Source: Malacoraja senta (taxonomy: Eukaryota). Taken from it: 64,000 nt of DNA. The position numbers and the translations under genes are program-made. The notes beneath the pieces are model-generated. The model ran no database searches. It saw only the letters and a list, made by a program, of their open reading frames with translations, and was not told where the DNA came from. The stretch is from NCBI GenBank assembly GCA_038087875.1, contig CM076000.1, positions 1 through 64,000 of the forward strand, written 5' to 3'. Positions 12,225 through 25,901 of the stretch are shown one piece after another (the stretch's first letter is position 1; every line of letters starts with the position of its first letter).

Positions 12225-12815
12225 TAACACAGACTGCTAGCATTTATTTCAAGAGGGCAAGAGTACAACAACAGGAATGTAATGTTGAGGCTATATAAGG
12301 TGCAATTCTGAGGAAGGATGTGCTGGCTCTGGAGAGGGTCCAGAGGAGATTTGCAATAATTATCCCAGGAATGAGTGGGTTAACATGATGAGCGTTTGAC
12401 AGCACGACTCACTGGCGTTTAGAAGGATGAGGGGGAGGACTTCATTGAAACTTACCGAATAGTGAAAGGCTTGGATAGAGCGGATGTGGAGAGGTTATTT
12501 CCACCAGTGGGAGAGTCTAGGACTCGAGGTCATAGCCTCAGAATTAAAGGATGTTCCTTAAGGAAGGAGATGAGGAGAAGTGTCTTTCATCAGAGGGTGG
12601 TGAATCTGTGGAATTCGTTGCCACAAATGGCTGTGGAGGCCATCAATGGATATTTTTAAGGCAGAGATAGATAGATTCTTGATTTGTACAGGTGTCGGGT
12701 TATGGGGAGAAGGCAGGAGAATGGGGTTAGGAGAGAGTGGTAGATCGTCTATGATTGAATGGCAGAGAGCCTTGATGGGCCGAATGGCCTCATTCTGCTC
12801 CTATTCCTTATGACC
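12225..12815 (+). mobile_element. CR1-clade LINE 3' fragment
   Basis: KGLDRADVERLFPPVGESRTRGHSLRIKG...RVVNLWNSLP plus a CR1 3'UTR. Confidence 0.85.
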
Positions 12816-14932
12816 GTAGATAATTAAGGCATTGAAGTCATGGTTGTATTGAATGATAGAGCAGGTTGAAGGGGCTGGTTGGTCTGCTCTTTGTTCCACT
12901 GTTGTCATGAAAACTACTGTGAATTTGGAACAGTAACAGTTCAATCTACAGTTTTATATTTTAATGCTCTTGCAAAACATATCAAAATAATGATTAGGAA
13001 TTGTGATAATGGATAAGTTATTAATTGTTAACGTGCAAATATATTTATAATTTGGGGGCTTCTGTGTGACCAAATCAAGAATCAAGTCTTATATAGTATT
13101 GTATAGAAATACATGGAGATTTTATTACCATAATGATTATGACAATGTTCATTCAACAAATCACTATGCCCGAGACATACTGTTACCGCTGCTTGGTCTT
13201 AATCATGGAAATTAGTGGCAAATTGGGTGATCACTTGTGGAAGCATAATTTGAAACTAGTTGCTGAGGGCTAGCTAGATAAGTTGGATACTTGAGTATAT
13301 GCATGAATACTTTTATGAAGAAACAATTATTTCAGTGTTCATCGGTGTTTGTATTAATTGGCAGTGTTTGATTTTTCTTGGTAATTTAAATTAAAATAAT
13401 TGAAATCTGTAGGTGAGATTTCGAATTAAATAAATGGCTAGAATAAACAAGTGGATTTCCGATCATTTCTAGATTTCTCTGAACATTAAATTAGCCATTT
13501 CAAAAGTTATTATCCTGAAAAAGTTTCTTCAGAAGTGCAATTTTACCTGCTGTTTATTTTTAGATTTTTTTAAATCACTGATTTCACTGTATTTCGCCAT
13601 TGTTATTTAGGCTTTTTAATTTCAAGCGGGGTCAGGAAGCATCTCTGGAGAAAATATTCCTGCATTTTGTCTTATTCCTGCATTTTGTCTTATTTTGTAA
13701 ACCAGCATCTGGAATTTGTTTTTTCTATGTTATTTTTCCCTGCATGATTTTCTAAATGAAAGGTCTTTTCAATAGCAATAAGTTTATTTTTGTTATTACA
13801 AATTAAAAGCTTTATGTTGCATTCTTTAACAGAATATCACTGTACAGGTGTTGATAGAAGCAATGGTTGTCAATTCCAACCTGTGGCAAAAGAACTGACT
13901 GTGTTCCTTAGAGATTAGTGTGATTACGGCTGAGAGGTTGCATTGAAACAGAGTTTTCCTGTTCAAATCCAACACTGCATTCTATCTTCAATTTCTAAAA
14001 TAACAACTGGTTCTCTAGTTTCTGATCGAAATTGCATTATCATCAATTCGACATGTCCCTACCAATTGCGTTCCCTAATTCACCACTTGTCATATATTCA
14101 CTTTGTGTTATCAAAGTGCAGTTGACCCATTTGAAAATATTTTAAAAATATGGTCCCTTTTCAAACCATGCGTATTTTTTATACATTTTTTTTTTGCCTT
14201 TTGTTCCATGTGTAAATTGTTTTAAATGTGCACTGGTAGGAAAATTCTAGATTTTCCAGATACCAAGCCAAAATAAATAATTCACCACAATTTATTTTCT
14301 TGACTGTTGCTCTGAAACAGTTACACTTTCCTATATTTGCATTCCAGGAGCTTTATCTTCCATGGCCTGACTCACCACCCATGATACCTATGTGCATGCA
14401 CTTATCTCTGTTGATGCAGAGGGCCAATCTTGGTGGCCCTTAATACATAAGGTGGGTGCAAAGGACCAAACAATGAACAGGATTGGGGGCCTGCTGTTAA
14501 TTTATCATAAGGTTCTGCTCCGAAGAGTACTGATCACAGCTCTTGATAGATTGCAGTCGGGGCTTTGCTTTGTTTCAACACTGTAAAGCAGTTGCTTGGA
14601 TTACAGAGCTTTGATCATCAGCAACACTCCCATGCCTGTCAAAGGGATGTAAATAAGTGCAAAAGTAACTCCAACTTAGAAATAAAACATTAAAAAAATA
14701 AAACATTACAAATGATTGTGCTGAAGAGGAATAATTCAAAAGCAGCTTTTTAATTTGTGGGCTCACCAAGTGCATGGCAACTAAATTCTTCCATCGGATC
14801 TCACTGATGTAGAATTAGAGAGGTGGTTCTTTAGCAAGATTGTGGAGTTTTGTATGGAATCCAGAGAAGGTGTGTGGTTCTGTTTGCAGCAGGTTATGAT
14901 AGCTGCATAGAATTCAAGACCCTAGAATTCTA

Positions 14933-15660
14933 GGGGTGGCATGGTGGCGTAGTGATAGTCCTACTGCCTTACAGCACCAGAGGACCTGGTTTTGATCCTG
15001 ACTACGGGAGCTTGTCTGTACGGAGTTTGTACGTTCTCCCCGTGACCTGTGTTGGTTTTCTCTGAGATCTTTGGTTTCCTTCCACACTCCAAAGAAGTGC
15101 AGGTTTGTACAGTTTAATTGGCTTGGTGTAAATGTAAAATGATCCCTAGTGTGTAGGATAGTGTTAATGTGCTGGGGTCTGTGCGGAGACATGGTGGGCG
15201 GAAGGGCCTGTTTCTGGACCTATACACGCTGGATTTTAGAAAAATGAGGGGATTCAAATGTACAGAATAGTGAAAGGCTTGGATAGTGGATGGGGAGAGG
15301 ATGTTTCCACTCGTGGGAGAGTCTAGGACTAGAATTTAGAATTCATAGCCTCAGAATTAAAGGAAGGAGACGAGGAGGAATTTATTTAGTCAGAGGGTGA
15401 TGAATATGTGGAATTCTTTGCCATAGAAGACTGTGGAGGCAAAGTCGGTGGATATATTTAAGGCAGAGATGGATAGATTTTTGATTAGTACGGGTGTCAG
15501 GTTATGGGGAGAAGGCAGGAGAATGCGGTTTGGCGGGAGAGATAGATCAGTCATGATTGAATGGCAGAGTAGACCTGATGGCCTGAATTGAATGGCCTAA
15601 TTCTGCTCCTATGATCTTATGTTTCTGCACTATATTCATTAAACTAAATTTAATCTAAAC
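14933..15660 (+). mobile_element. tRNA-derived V-SINE/HE1-like SINE with a CR1 3' fragment (15217-15619) inserted in its tail
   Basis: A/B-box-like head tggcgtagtg..ggttttgatcc and V-SINE core ggagtttgtacgttctccccgtgacc. TGTTTCTG is duplicated at 15209-15216 and 15620-15627 around the CR1 piece. Confidence 0.8.
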
Positions 15661-16407
15661 CAACCAGAATTCTAAACATATTAAGCCAGATAAGAGTTTG
15701 AATTTCATCATTGCAATTCGATATGGTTAATATAATTCATAAATCTGGCATAAATAAAAGAAAGCTAGTCTCGTCCTGGTAATCATGAAATTATTGAATG
15801 TTCCTCAATCATCAGGTTCACAAATTATCCTCTGGGAAAGATGCTTTCATTGTTCATCGATCTGAACCTTGGGTGACTCAAAAGATAGTTCAGAGCTGGC
15901 CTTTTAAATTGTGGGTAATCTGAAATGGACAGTGGTGCCAGCATTTCCAGAAGAAAGACACGTTCTGTGGGTAAATAAAATACCTCATTTGATTAGTTCC
16001 CGATTTAAAGCAGGTTTGCATCAGTCTTGGATTTCCATAAGATTTGCTGCATGGCTGATTCACTTTGGAATTACTAATTGAACCGTTAAAGGGTTTGGTG
16101 CCTTTTGAGCAACACCATGGGTAGTTTATAGAATGTACAATGGTATAAAAGATTGCTTGAAGAAGAGGTACATGTCCAACTCAAACCCATGCCGAGTTTT
16201 TTTTCTTTGTGAAAGAACAAAATCAATACTATGTGAATGCAGTTGACTCAAAACTGGCTTGTCCAAGTTATAGGTGTGTTTTACTCTGCATTGTGAGATA
16301 ATTTGGTATTTTCTTTCATTGGAGGTAATATAAAAAATGCCAAATTTGATATTTCGTGCCTCTTAGTTTTAATCTGAGGTACATTTATAACATGTGGACA
16401 CTAAACT

Positions 16408-16630
16408 TAAAAGGCAGACACAAAGTGCAGGAATAACTCAGTGGGCAGGCAGTATCTCTGGAGAACATGTGGGTGATGTTTCGGGTTGGGACCTTTCTTT
16501 AGACTTGGAAGGGTCCTGACCCAAAATGTTATCTATTCATGTTCTCCAGAGGTATGCTGCTTGACCCGCAGAGTTAATATAGCACTTTGTGTTTTTTTTG
16601 TTGTATAAACTAGCATCTGCAGTTCCTTGT
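16408..16630. mobile_element. Head-to-head Penelope terminal-repeat derivative
   Basis: acacaaagtgcaggaataactcagtggg...cttcttt agact tggaagggtcctgaccc...ctagcatctgcagttcc, arranged as an inverted repeat. Confidence 0.65.
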
Positions 16631-16923
16631 ATCTCTCTTATTTGGAATACAGAATTGCTTGTGATGAAAAGTAAAAGAAAATGACTGTGAATAGAATATA
16701 AAATGTCAAATAATTTCCTTCTAACTATAATACTTCCTACACATCCAGAAAAGGTTTAACTGTGCTACATGTATCACACCAACAATTATACTCGGCAATG
16801 ATTCCGTTGGCAATGCTGGTGAAGAGAACCTCTGCACTCAGCAACATTCAGGCAAAAAAAAAGGAAACAAAAAAAACTAAAGGGTTGATTGTGATCTTGA
16901 CCTTGAACTTGAACTTGGAGCTA

Positions 16924-18573
16924 CAATGCCCTCCATAATGTTTGGGACAAAGACCCATCATTTATTTATTTGCCTCTGTACTCCATAATTTGAGATTTGT
17001 AATACTAAAAATCACTTGTAGTTAAAGTGCACATTGTCAGATTTTATTAAAGGGTATTTTCATACATTTTGGTTTCATCATGTAGAAATTACAGCTGTGT
17101 TTATACATATTACCCCCATTTCAGGGAACCATAATATTTGGGACACATGGCTTAACAGGCGTTTGTAATTGCTCGGGTGTGTTTAATTGCCCCCTTAATG
17201 CACGTATAAGAGAGCTCTCAGCATCTTTCCTCGTCTTTCCATCACCTTTGGAAGCTTTTATTGCTGTTTATCAACATGAGGAACAAAGTTGTGTCAATGA
17301 AAGTCAAAGAAGCCATTATGAGACTGAGAAACAAGGATAAAACTGTTAAAGATGTCAGCCAAACCTTAGGCTTACCAAAATCATCTGTTTGGAACATTAT
17401 GAAGAAAGAGAGCACTAGTGAGCTTACTAATCGTAAAGGGACTGGCAGGCCAAGAAAGACCTCCACAGCTGATGATAGAAGAATTCTCTCTATAATAAAG
17501 AAAAATCCCCAAACACCTGTCCAACAGATCAGAAACACTCTTCAGGAGTCAGGTGTGGATTTGTCAATGACCACTGCTGCTGAAGACTTCATGAACAGAA
17601 ATGGAGGCTACACTGCAAGATGCAAACCACTGGTTAGCCGCAAAATTAGGATGCAGTTTGCCAAGAAGTACTTAAAAGAGCAACCACAGTTCTGGAAAAG
17701 GGTCTTGTGGACAGATGAGATGAAGATTAACTTATATCAGAGTGATGGCTGAAGATTAACTTATATCAGAGTGATGGCGAGCAAAGTATGCAGGTGAGAA
17801 GGAACTGCCCAAGATCCAAAGCATACCACCTCATCTGTGAAACACGGTGGTGGGAGGAGGCTATGGCCTGGGCATGTATGGCTGCTGAACGTACTGGCTC
17901 ACTTATCTTCATTGATGATACAACTGCTGATGGTAGTAGCATAATGAATTCTGAAGTCTATAGACACATCCTATCTGCTCAAGTTCAAACAAATGCCTCA
18001 AAACTCATTGGCCGGCGGTTCATTGTACAGCAAGACTATGATCCCAAACATACTGCTCAAGCAACAAAGGAGTTTTTCGAAGCTAAAAAATTGTCAATTC
18101 TTGAGTGGCCAAGTCAATCACCCGATCTGAACCCAATTGAGCATGCCTTTTATATGCTGGAGAAAACTGATGGGGACTAGGCCCCGAAACAGGCATAGGC
18201 TAAAGATGGCTGCAATACAGGCCTGGCAGAGCATCACCAAAGAAGACACCCAGCAACTGGTGATGTCCATGAATCGCAGACTTCATGCAGTAATTGCATG
18301 TAAAGCATATGCGACAAAATACTAAACATGACTACTTTCATTTACATGACTTGCTTTGTCCCAAACATGGTGCCATGAAATGGGGGGACTTTGTATAAAC
18401 ACTGGGGAATTTCTACATGGTGAAACCAAAATGTATAAAAATCGCTTTTTATTAAAATTGGACTGCACTTTAACCACATGTGATTTTTTTTCTATTACAA
18501 ATCTCAAATTGTGGAGTACAGAGGCAAATAAATAAATGATGGGTCTTTGTTCCAAACAATATGGAGGGCATTG
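16924..18573 (+). mobile_element. Tc1 (DD34E, IR/DR type) transposon, near full length; transposase 17276-18325 is disrupted
   Basis: TA flanks and ~220-bp TIRs with inner and outer ccataatgtttgggaca repeats. HTH region, GRPRKT, WTDE, QQDYDPKH-(34 aa)-SPDLNPIE. A 29-bp tandem duplication at 17721-17778 and other frameshifts break the ORF. Confidence 0.96.
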
Positions 18574-19126
18574 TAAATTTAACCTCCCCATATTCTCCCA
18601 AACAAATTTTGGTTTATTTATTTAATACACATGCTACATTTTCATTGTTAAAATGTGAAGCTCACTTATTTAAAGCAATGTGAGAGTTCTGTACTAACCT
18701 TTGGGAATAACAAAGCAGTTTCCTCTTCGTTTTTGCCTCAATTAATATAGATTTTCAGATGCTCCCTGATATACGTAAAATGAGATTAATTCAGGTTTGG
18801 AACAAAGACGAGATATTACATTCATGATGTGATCTTAAAAATGCAAGGATCTATAGATTCTGGAAACTTGAAACGGGCTTTTTCCACGAGCCGAATACAG
18901 ACACCCCCCCCCCCCCCGGGAGATAGCCATTTGGGTTATGGAAAACACCCTGAAAGAATTCACAAATCACTACCCAGAAATAAAATTCACAATTAATTTG
19001 TGAGGGGCTGGGGGAGAAATTGAATGAACACAAAATCCGAAAGAACATCAGTTCTTTTTCTTGTTTTTTCCACTTGTTTTTCTCGGAATAAGTGCCAATA
19101 ATGTGTTGGGTTTTATTAACACGGTA

Positions 19127-19258
19127 GTGTTTAAGAAAGAACTGCAGATGCAGGAAAAATCGAAGGTAGACAAAAATGCTGGAGAAACTCAGCGGGTGAG
19201 GCAGCATCTATGGAGTGAAGGAATAGGTGACGTTTTGGGTCGAGACCCTTCTTCAGAC
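19127..19258 (-). mobile_element. Solo Penelope terminal-repeat fragment with hammerhead-like motif
   Basis: gtgtttaagaaagaactgcagatgc...ggtgacgttttgggtcgagacccttcttcagac. Confidence 0.75.
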
Positions 19259-20266
19259 CATTTTGCTGTCTAACAGTTTTTTTCACGAGTTTCCATATTA
19301 TTTAGTGTTATTTATTGTGAGTTATTAAACTATGTTGCCTATACTTGATGTGTTTATTGTGTGTATTTCCATGCAGATAGAAAGCTGGATAGCGATAAGT
19401 GGATGCCTCTCCAATGGCAATGTGGGATTGAATGGGAAATAGGTTTTTGCTTTACGGAAAATCATGATGCAGACCGTTTTCAAGAATTCTTATCCCTCCA
19501 TAACATGGTAATTGCAAGGAATTTGCTTTACTTGTGGATTTGGCCACCTTCAGTGCTTATAACACATTCTGTAAGCTTTTGATATCTGCGTGAAAAATGG
19601 AGCACCTTGAGATTTTGTATCTGAACGAGATAGAATATCCCACATATAGTTTGTTTTATTTAAAAAAAATTAAAGCCTTTCTATCTACTTGTACGTGTTT
19701 CTGAAATCTGGGATGTTCACCAGGGGCCGTAATGCTACTTGCAAAGCATTCCACTGGATTTGTGTTACCTCAGTTTTCTGGTGAAGGAGGGAGTGGGGAC
19801 ACACACACAAATATTTATTATTGAATCAACGATGGTGGTGTAAGGTTTCAAAAAGATATGGACTATTTCAATGTAATTTCATCAGTGACATATTTTCCTT
19901 ATCAACCTTTTTCATTACTTCAGAGGTTGTTCACTTTGCATTCTCTTGGATCATGTATCTATCTTAATGTTCATTCCCTTTTCATGCCATGATACTCACT
20001 CCTTAGAACCAGAGGAAATGGAAAACTTTGGCTTTGACCACATTATGAAATGCACAGTGCCCGCAACAACTTTCACAGATGATGCAGCATTTTTCACTTG
20101 TCTTTATCCCTCCATCTACGTTATTTGGACCTTGAAAATCCTTCATGTTCCATCAAAAGTAGATTGGGTGACAGTTTCGGCGATCACATCTGTTCATCTG
20201 CACGGGTGATTCTGAGCATCCAGTTGTCCATTATTTTAATTCCCATGCTGTTCCCATTCTGACCCA

Positions 20267-21560
20267 CAGTCCTCTCCATAATGTTTGGGACAAGACCCAT
20301 CATTTATTCATTTGGCTCTGTATTCCACAATTTGAGATTTGTAATAGAAAAAATCAGATGTGGTTAAAGTGCACATTATCAGGTTTTAAGGCCTTTTTTT
20401 AAAATGCATTTTGGTTTCATCGCGTAGAAATTAGAGCAGTGTTTATACATAGTGTTCCCCCCCCCCCCCCTCAATTTCAGGGCACCATAATGTTTGGGAC
20501 ACAGCAATGTCATGTCAATTAAAGTAGTCATGTTTAGTATTTTGTTGCTTATCCTGTGCATGCAATGACTGCTTGATGTCTGCGATTCATGGACATCACC
20601 AGTTGCTGGGTGTCTCCTCTAGTGATGCTCTGCCAGGCCCCACCCCTACCACTGTGTTTCACAGATGAGGTGGTATGCTTTGGATCTTGGGCAGTTTCTT
20701 CTCTCCGCCATACTTTCCTCTTGCCATTACTCTGAGATGTTAATCTTCGTCTCATCTGTCCACAAGACGTTTTTTCAGAACTGTGGTTGTTCTTTTAAGT
20801 ACTTCTTGGCAAACTGTAACCTGGCCATCTTATTTTTGCAGCAAACCAGTGGTTTGCATCTTGTAGTGTAGCCTCTGTATTTCTGTTCATGAAGTTTTCT
20901 GTGGACAGTGGTCATTGCCAAATCCACTCCTGAAGAGTGTTTCAGATCTGTTGGACAGGTTTTGGGGGATTTTTCTTTATTATAGAGAGAATCCTTCTGT
21001 CATCAGCTGTGGAGGTCTTCCTTGGCCTGCAAGTCCCATTGCGATTAGTAAGCTAACTAGTACTCTCTTTCTTCTTAATGATGTTCCAAACAGTTGATTT
21101 TGGTAAGCCTAATGATTGGCTGATGTCTCTAACAATTTTATTCTTGTTTCTCAGTCTCATAATGGCTTCTTTGACTTTCATTGGCACAACTTTGGTACTC
21201 GTGTTGATAAACAGCAATAAAAATTTCCAAAGGTGATGGAAAGACTGGAGGAAAGACTAGATGCAGAGCGCTCTCTTATATCTGCATTACGGGAGCAATT
21301 AAACACACCTGAGCAATTACAAACGCCTGTGAAGCCATGTGTCCCTAACATTATGGTGCCCTGAAGTGGGGGTAATAGGTATAAACGCAGCTGTAATTTC
21401 TACATGGTGAAACCAAAATGTATAAAAATGGCCTTTAATAAAATCTGACAATATGCACTTTAACCACATGTGATTTTTTTTCTATTACGAATCTCAACTT
21501 GTGTACAGAGGCAAATATATATATGACGGGTCTTTGTCCCAAACATTATGGAGGGCACTG
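20267..21560 (-). mobile_element. Tc1 copy of the same family, internally deleted (catalytic D-34-E region missing)
   Basis: TIRs cagtcctctccataatgtttgggac / gtcccaaacattatggagggcactg followed by TA. Deletion junction near 20638 (VKHSGRGG joined to AWQSIT). Confidence 0.93.
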
Positions 21561-22054
21561 TATATATTTGGCTTCTGTACTTCTCCAATGAAACTTATTG
21601 CTAGGTTAAAGAACAGAATTTGATCTCCCCATTTTGCTCATTATAGCCTGATCTCTACAGATGCTGCCTGTCATGGTGAGTGCTTCCAGCATTCACTTCT
21701 ATTTCGGATTTTTTGTATCCGTTATCTTTAAATGTTTTAACTTTAAATGTTTTAACTAAACATTTAAACTTGACTTTAAATGTTTTATTCTTTTCTCCAT
21801 TCTCAATCTTGGCCTGTTTGCATTTCCTCCAGATAGATCATCTAATTAACATGCCTTCACTGCTCTCAGGCGGCACCGCCACTCTGTCATTGGCCTCTTG
21901 GTATCCACCCCTTCATATCCTTTTTCTCTGTCATTTCACCATTTACCCTTCTCTGCATTGTTATTATGAGAAGGCAAGAGAGTCAGAACATCTGCAGTGG
22001 TGTTTTGTAAAAGCCACATAGACTCATAAGCGAGTTCGGTATTCCAGCTGCGAA

Positions 22055-22893
22055 TTAACCTGCAGCCGTTATGCACATTACAAAAAAGAGCAATAAGAAT
22101 CATCAATAACGTTGGATATCTTGAACATACCAATTTATTATTCTTAAAGTCACATACACTGAAGTTCACCGATGTGGTTAAATTTAAGACTGCACAAATC
22201 ATGTACAAAGCAAGAAATATTTTACTTCCGGGAAATATACAAAAACTTTATGGAAAGACAGGGCGGGTATAATTTGAGAGGGGAACTTAATAAAAAAAAA
22301 ACTCAATGTCAGAACAACTCTTAAAAGTATGTGCATAACAATCTGCGGGGTGAATTTGTGGAATGGTTTGGAACAGGAGATAAAACTTAGCACAAACATA
22401 ATTCAGTTTAAAAAGACGTACAAAAGCACTTTTTAAAAAGGATATTGGGATGAGGACAAGTGATTTTGAGTGGGATATTTGTTATACTGATTGTATTGGG
22501 AAGGGTGATATAGGGTGATGGGTTGTATATATGACTAAGAGATACTGTATAGTACAGGAGGGTTTTTTCTTTTTTCTTTTTTTTCTCTTTGTATGGCTTT
22601 GTAAATATTTGATTAGTATATAAATGTAAGTCATTTGGTGTACATATGGAAATAGGTGTTTATAGCTGCTAAATTTGTATAAGACAATTATAAGCAGTTG
22701 AATAACGGGTGGGAATTAATAAGCTTTGGCTTCTTCCTGCTCCTTTTCGGACACATACAATTCATTTATTTATAAATATTGTTTATGACACTTTATAAAT
22801 ATTCTTTTTGTTTTTGTTTTTTGTATGCTGTTTCATACATGGTTTTTATTTTTTAGTCTGTTCAAATTAAGGGATTTATTATTATTATTATTA
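22055..22893 (+). mobile_element. L2-group (Crack/Daphne-like) LINE 3' end
   Basis: Translation NLQPLCTLQKRAIRIINNVGYLEHTNLLFLKSHTLKFTDVVKFKTAQIMYKA...GVNLWNGLEQEIK..NIIQFKK, then a long 3'UTR and a (tta)n tail. Confidence 0.7.
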
Positions 22894-22959
22894 ATGTTTA
22901 TAAAAGAGTGACACCTATCCACTATTGAGTTGACAGAATTCTAGGTTAATTCATTGGTA

Positions 22960-23262
22960 GAATAATAATAAATAATAATAATAATAAATGTATTTGTATA
23001 GCACATTTAAAAACAACTCACGTTGTCCAAAGTGCTTCACATCAGTGCAGGTACCCAGCAATACATACATACATCCGAGGGGCTCAAAAATGCTTGGGAG
23101 TAGAAATAGGTTTTGAGTCATGACTTAAAGGAATCGATGGTGGGGGCAGTTCTGATGAGGAGCGGGATGCTATTCCACAGTCTAGGTGCTGCATCCACAA
23201 AAGCACGGTCACCCCTGAGCTTAAACCTAGACCGCGGGATAGTCAGTAGCTCCAAGTCGAAT
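22960..23262 (-). mobile_element. L2-clade LINE 3' end
   Basis: Minus strand RGDRAFVDAAPRLWNSIP..IRTAPTIDSFKS*LKTYFY; tail gtgctatacaaatacatttattattatt. Confidence 0.75.
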
Positions 23263-25886
23263 ACTTAACAATGTATACACAGTTTGTACAGCCAGCGCTT
23301 CGTTTGCTTTTTCTTAATCATGAATGACCTTTGACAAATCCCATGATTCCTTGCATTTTTTGGAATACTGAACTCGCTTATTGGGCAGATGTGGTCCTGC
23401 GGTATAACTTTTTTGTAATTCTGTGATTTTTATTGATGCCCTTGAGCTAGAGGCAGTCTTTATTATAACCAATTATATTGTGTGTAAATCGAGGTTAAGG
23501 TGAAACTGATATATCGAGTATGATATGCGTCCTTATGAGCTGAGTTAATTCTTTACGTTCTTGCTTTGAATTTACTGTGGACTGTTGAAAGATATTTGCC
23601 AGTGCCATTGATGTCAGTTTTGTTAGTTGTTGTGCAACAATAAGATAGAATTGAGTTATTTCTATTATAGCTACCAGTATTTGAATTGCTTAAGTAGAAA
23701 GGAACTGAAATAATTCTTTACCTTGAGAGTTTTGAAGGTTCATGCATTAGTTGGCTGTCAATTTTAGGGTGTGAAATAGTACTAGTACCATATGAGCTGA
23801 TACTTCAGCTTATATTTTATGTGTTCCCCTTATATTTAAAAATGTACTTCATTGAGATATTTGTATTTCTATTTGGCTTCCTAAATCGAGTGCATGTTTT
23901 ATTGCTCCTGTATTTTAGCGTCCTATTTTCTTAAAATAATAGAAGGCACTCAGTGGATCAGGCAGCATCTACAGAAGGAAATTGACATTGGTCCAATGGA
24001 AATAGGTCCGTATCCTTCATCCTGATTGTAGAAAGAGGTGAGGAGATGGGGTGGGACAAGAACAAGCAAATAATAGGTGGATCCCAGAAGTAGGGGATGA
24101 TTGGCAGATGTGTCAGTTCGGGGAGAGAGAAGGATGGAGATAATAACCAAGGCTGGAGGTGAAAAGGGTGCAAATGGTGAATTCTGATAAAGGAACTTGG
24201 GGAGTGAAATGTAGAACCAGAAGGAGCAAGTGTTTGTCATTAAAGCGTGCTCGAGCGCAAAGGGGAGGACCAATTTGACTAAACTGTCATTAAAAGAATA
24301 ATACACCGTAAAAATAGCTTTTTTCCAAATTGATTTTGTTTTCAAATGAACTGGTGGTTTCAGCATATGTAGGTTAATGCATCTAGCAAATTATCCTTGT
24401 AGATTTCAAGTAGTACAGTATTTATGTTCTGAATTGCATTTGCATGTCTTGCATCCCTTGCTATTTTCACAACATTTTAATTCTCACAGTTCCCCATCTC
24501 TCTCATTCATCAGGTTCTCTACAGGTAAATAATTTATGTAGTAGCCACTTTGCTAGTTTCAAGCCTTCTATCTCCGTCTTCCTGATTCAATTGAATGTTG
24601 GTTTATATCCAAGATACAACAGTTGCATCACCATTTCACTGAGGATTTTTGAGGATGCCTGATTTTTCCTCTTGAATATGCATGTTCTGTTCGAACAGAC
24701 CTATCCAAGAACCACCACTGATGCCAATATTCTGGACTGCTAACAGGATTTTTTTTTAGTTGCCCATAGGTAATGAAATCTCACTCGCTGTAAAATAAGC
24801 TTTGTGCTCCTTGCTTGCCATGATGTTGCAGTGCAGTTGGATCTTTTTCCCTGGTTCCACTTCAACATAGCGGCAATTTATCTCTGCGAAAGAGCCTACA
24901 GGGAATCCACACGATAAAGGAACTTGAAGCTTAATCTCATGGACATTTGAATACAATATTTTAAGTTCATAAACTTGAAGATTAGTCATTTAAAGTCGTA
25001 ATATTTTCTTTGTGAATGTTAAATATAGCTTGGATTTCCTTTCATCTTTCACTGCTTTTCTTCAAGTCCATTTACCTAGATTACTTCACTTGCTCTTTTT
25101 TAAAGTTTTACTTTTGCCAATCAATGACCCCCTTTTTCTGGTAATTTTCCAATTTCATTGAATTTTGAGGAGGCTCCTTAAATACAGTCTGGCATTAAAA
25201 TCCTGGTTTTTAATTGCCTACCCACAGTGATAGAGTTTATTTGTGCATTTAACTGGTGACCAGCCAATTATGTGGATTATTCAATTAGTCTTGTGATGGT
25301 TTTTTACTTTTTTCTGTATGAAGGAGCATTTATATTGATGTTTTAAGTATGCCTGCCCAATAACTACAAACACTGCCAATAATCTTCATCGTGCTCACTT
25401 GTTATCATACGCAAGTTCTATATACGTTTACAAGTGCTAATGCCTATTTAGTGATTGTTTTTTGTTGTCCTGAATTGTAAGATTGGAAAACCACTAACTT
25501 GAGACTGTATCAATTACTCTTTCCACTTCCTCTTTTCAATAGCAATGAAACCATGACAGATTCCTTGTACCTTATTTCCATTTGCCAAGTAGGAGAGAAA
25601 AACATCTATCATGGCTGCAACAGCATTAATGGGCAATCAAAACCTGGACCCCCAGATCTGTATAACGATGTGCTTTCACATGATTTTTTTTTAAACTGTC
25701 AAGTTAAGTGAACCGTGAATTATAAATGTATAAAGAGATTAATGAGCAACAGGTCAAAAGATTCAGTTTATTTTTTTCCTTTCTTTCAGGTTTTGCGTTC
25801 TGTGACTAGGAGTGTCTAGGTTGGAACGGAACGCCCTGCTGTTGTGTAGGGGGGAGAACAAATATATTTTAATTTTGTCACAGAAG

Positions 25887-25901
25887 ATGTTTAGGAGATG
25901 A
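25887..25901 (+). promoter_or_regulatory. uORF (M-F-R-R-stop) whose TGA overlaps the STAG2 ATG
   Basis: gaag ATG TTT AGG AGA TGA. The TGA (25899-25901) overlaps the main ATG (25898-25900). The uATG has A at -3. Confidence 0.6.

Noticed and set aside
13833..13910. Candidate non-coding STAG2 5'UTR exon after ttctttaacag
   Set aside because: The acceptor is plausible, but there is no convincing donor and no independent evidence.
14933..15005. tRNA gene
   Set aside because: A degenerate tRNA-like head followed by a V-SINE core and a LINE-like tail, so it is a SINE.
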